The notes under the pieces are model-generated. The model had not been told where the DNA came from. It was given only the letters and a program-made list of their open reading frames with translations, and ran no database searches. A stretch of 63,967 nucleotides of DNA, the filler included, from Octopus bimaculoides (lineage: Eukaryota): assembly GCF_001194135.2 (NCBI RefSeq). It is 7 parts of 6 records of this genome, joined end to end, with 100 filler letters (N's around TTAATTAATTAA, not from the genome) between each part and the next. Parts side by side here need not be neighbours in the genome. Positions count along the whole stretch, not along the records: positions 62,440 to 63,967 come from NW_026418112.1; 6 more parts are not named here. One strand, given 5' to 3'. The stretch's first letter is position 1. The number at the start of each line of letters is the position of its first letter. Shown here in pieces: positions 63,863-63,967 of this stretch. A program made the position numbers and the translations under genes.

Positions 63863-63967
63863 CAAATCTTATGGTTGGCATCAATTGCGAAGCGATGCGA
63901 AGCAGATCAACTTAAGGTTAGACAAACATAAGGGCTTTTAGGGGTGAAGTACAGGCATAAACAAACA

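Overview
AT-rich, microsatellite- and transposon-dense animal genomic DNA with many scaffold gaps. The SINE families and overall texture point to an octopus draft assembly (inference). Two host genes are supported. (1) Six minus-strand coding exons of ACAD10 (65-7891) with GT-AG boundaries and compatible phases, covering the end of the HAD-like domain and most of the APH/kinase domain; its 5' exons could not be found. (2) A plus-strand coding exon (59611/59647-60102, runs into a gap) of an LHFPL/TMEM211-family tetraspan with an unusual 75-residue Ser/Thr/Pro-rich loop insert. The rest is decayed mobile DNA: a near full-length Tx1/L1 LINE, a near full-length Helitron, mariner and Tc1 copies, R4/Dong-type RLE, Jockey-like and CR1 LINE fragments, several SINE families and foldback elements. 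The most interesting unannotated signal is a set of minimal type-I hammerhead ribozyme motifs in short Penelope/retrozyme-like repeats (2.1, 2.6, 20.0, 59.0 and 59.3 kb), several with non-canonical cores. No homology search or folding program was run: family calls rest on motif recognition and structures were paired by eye.
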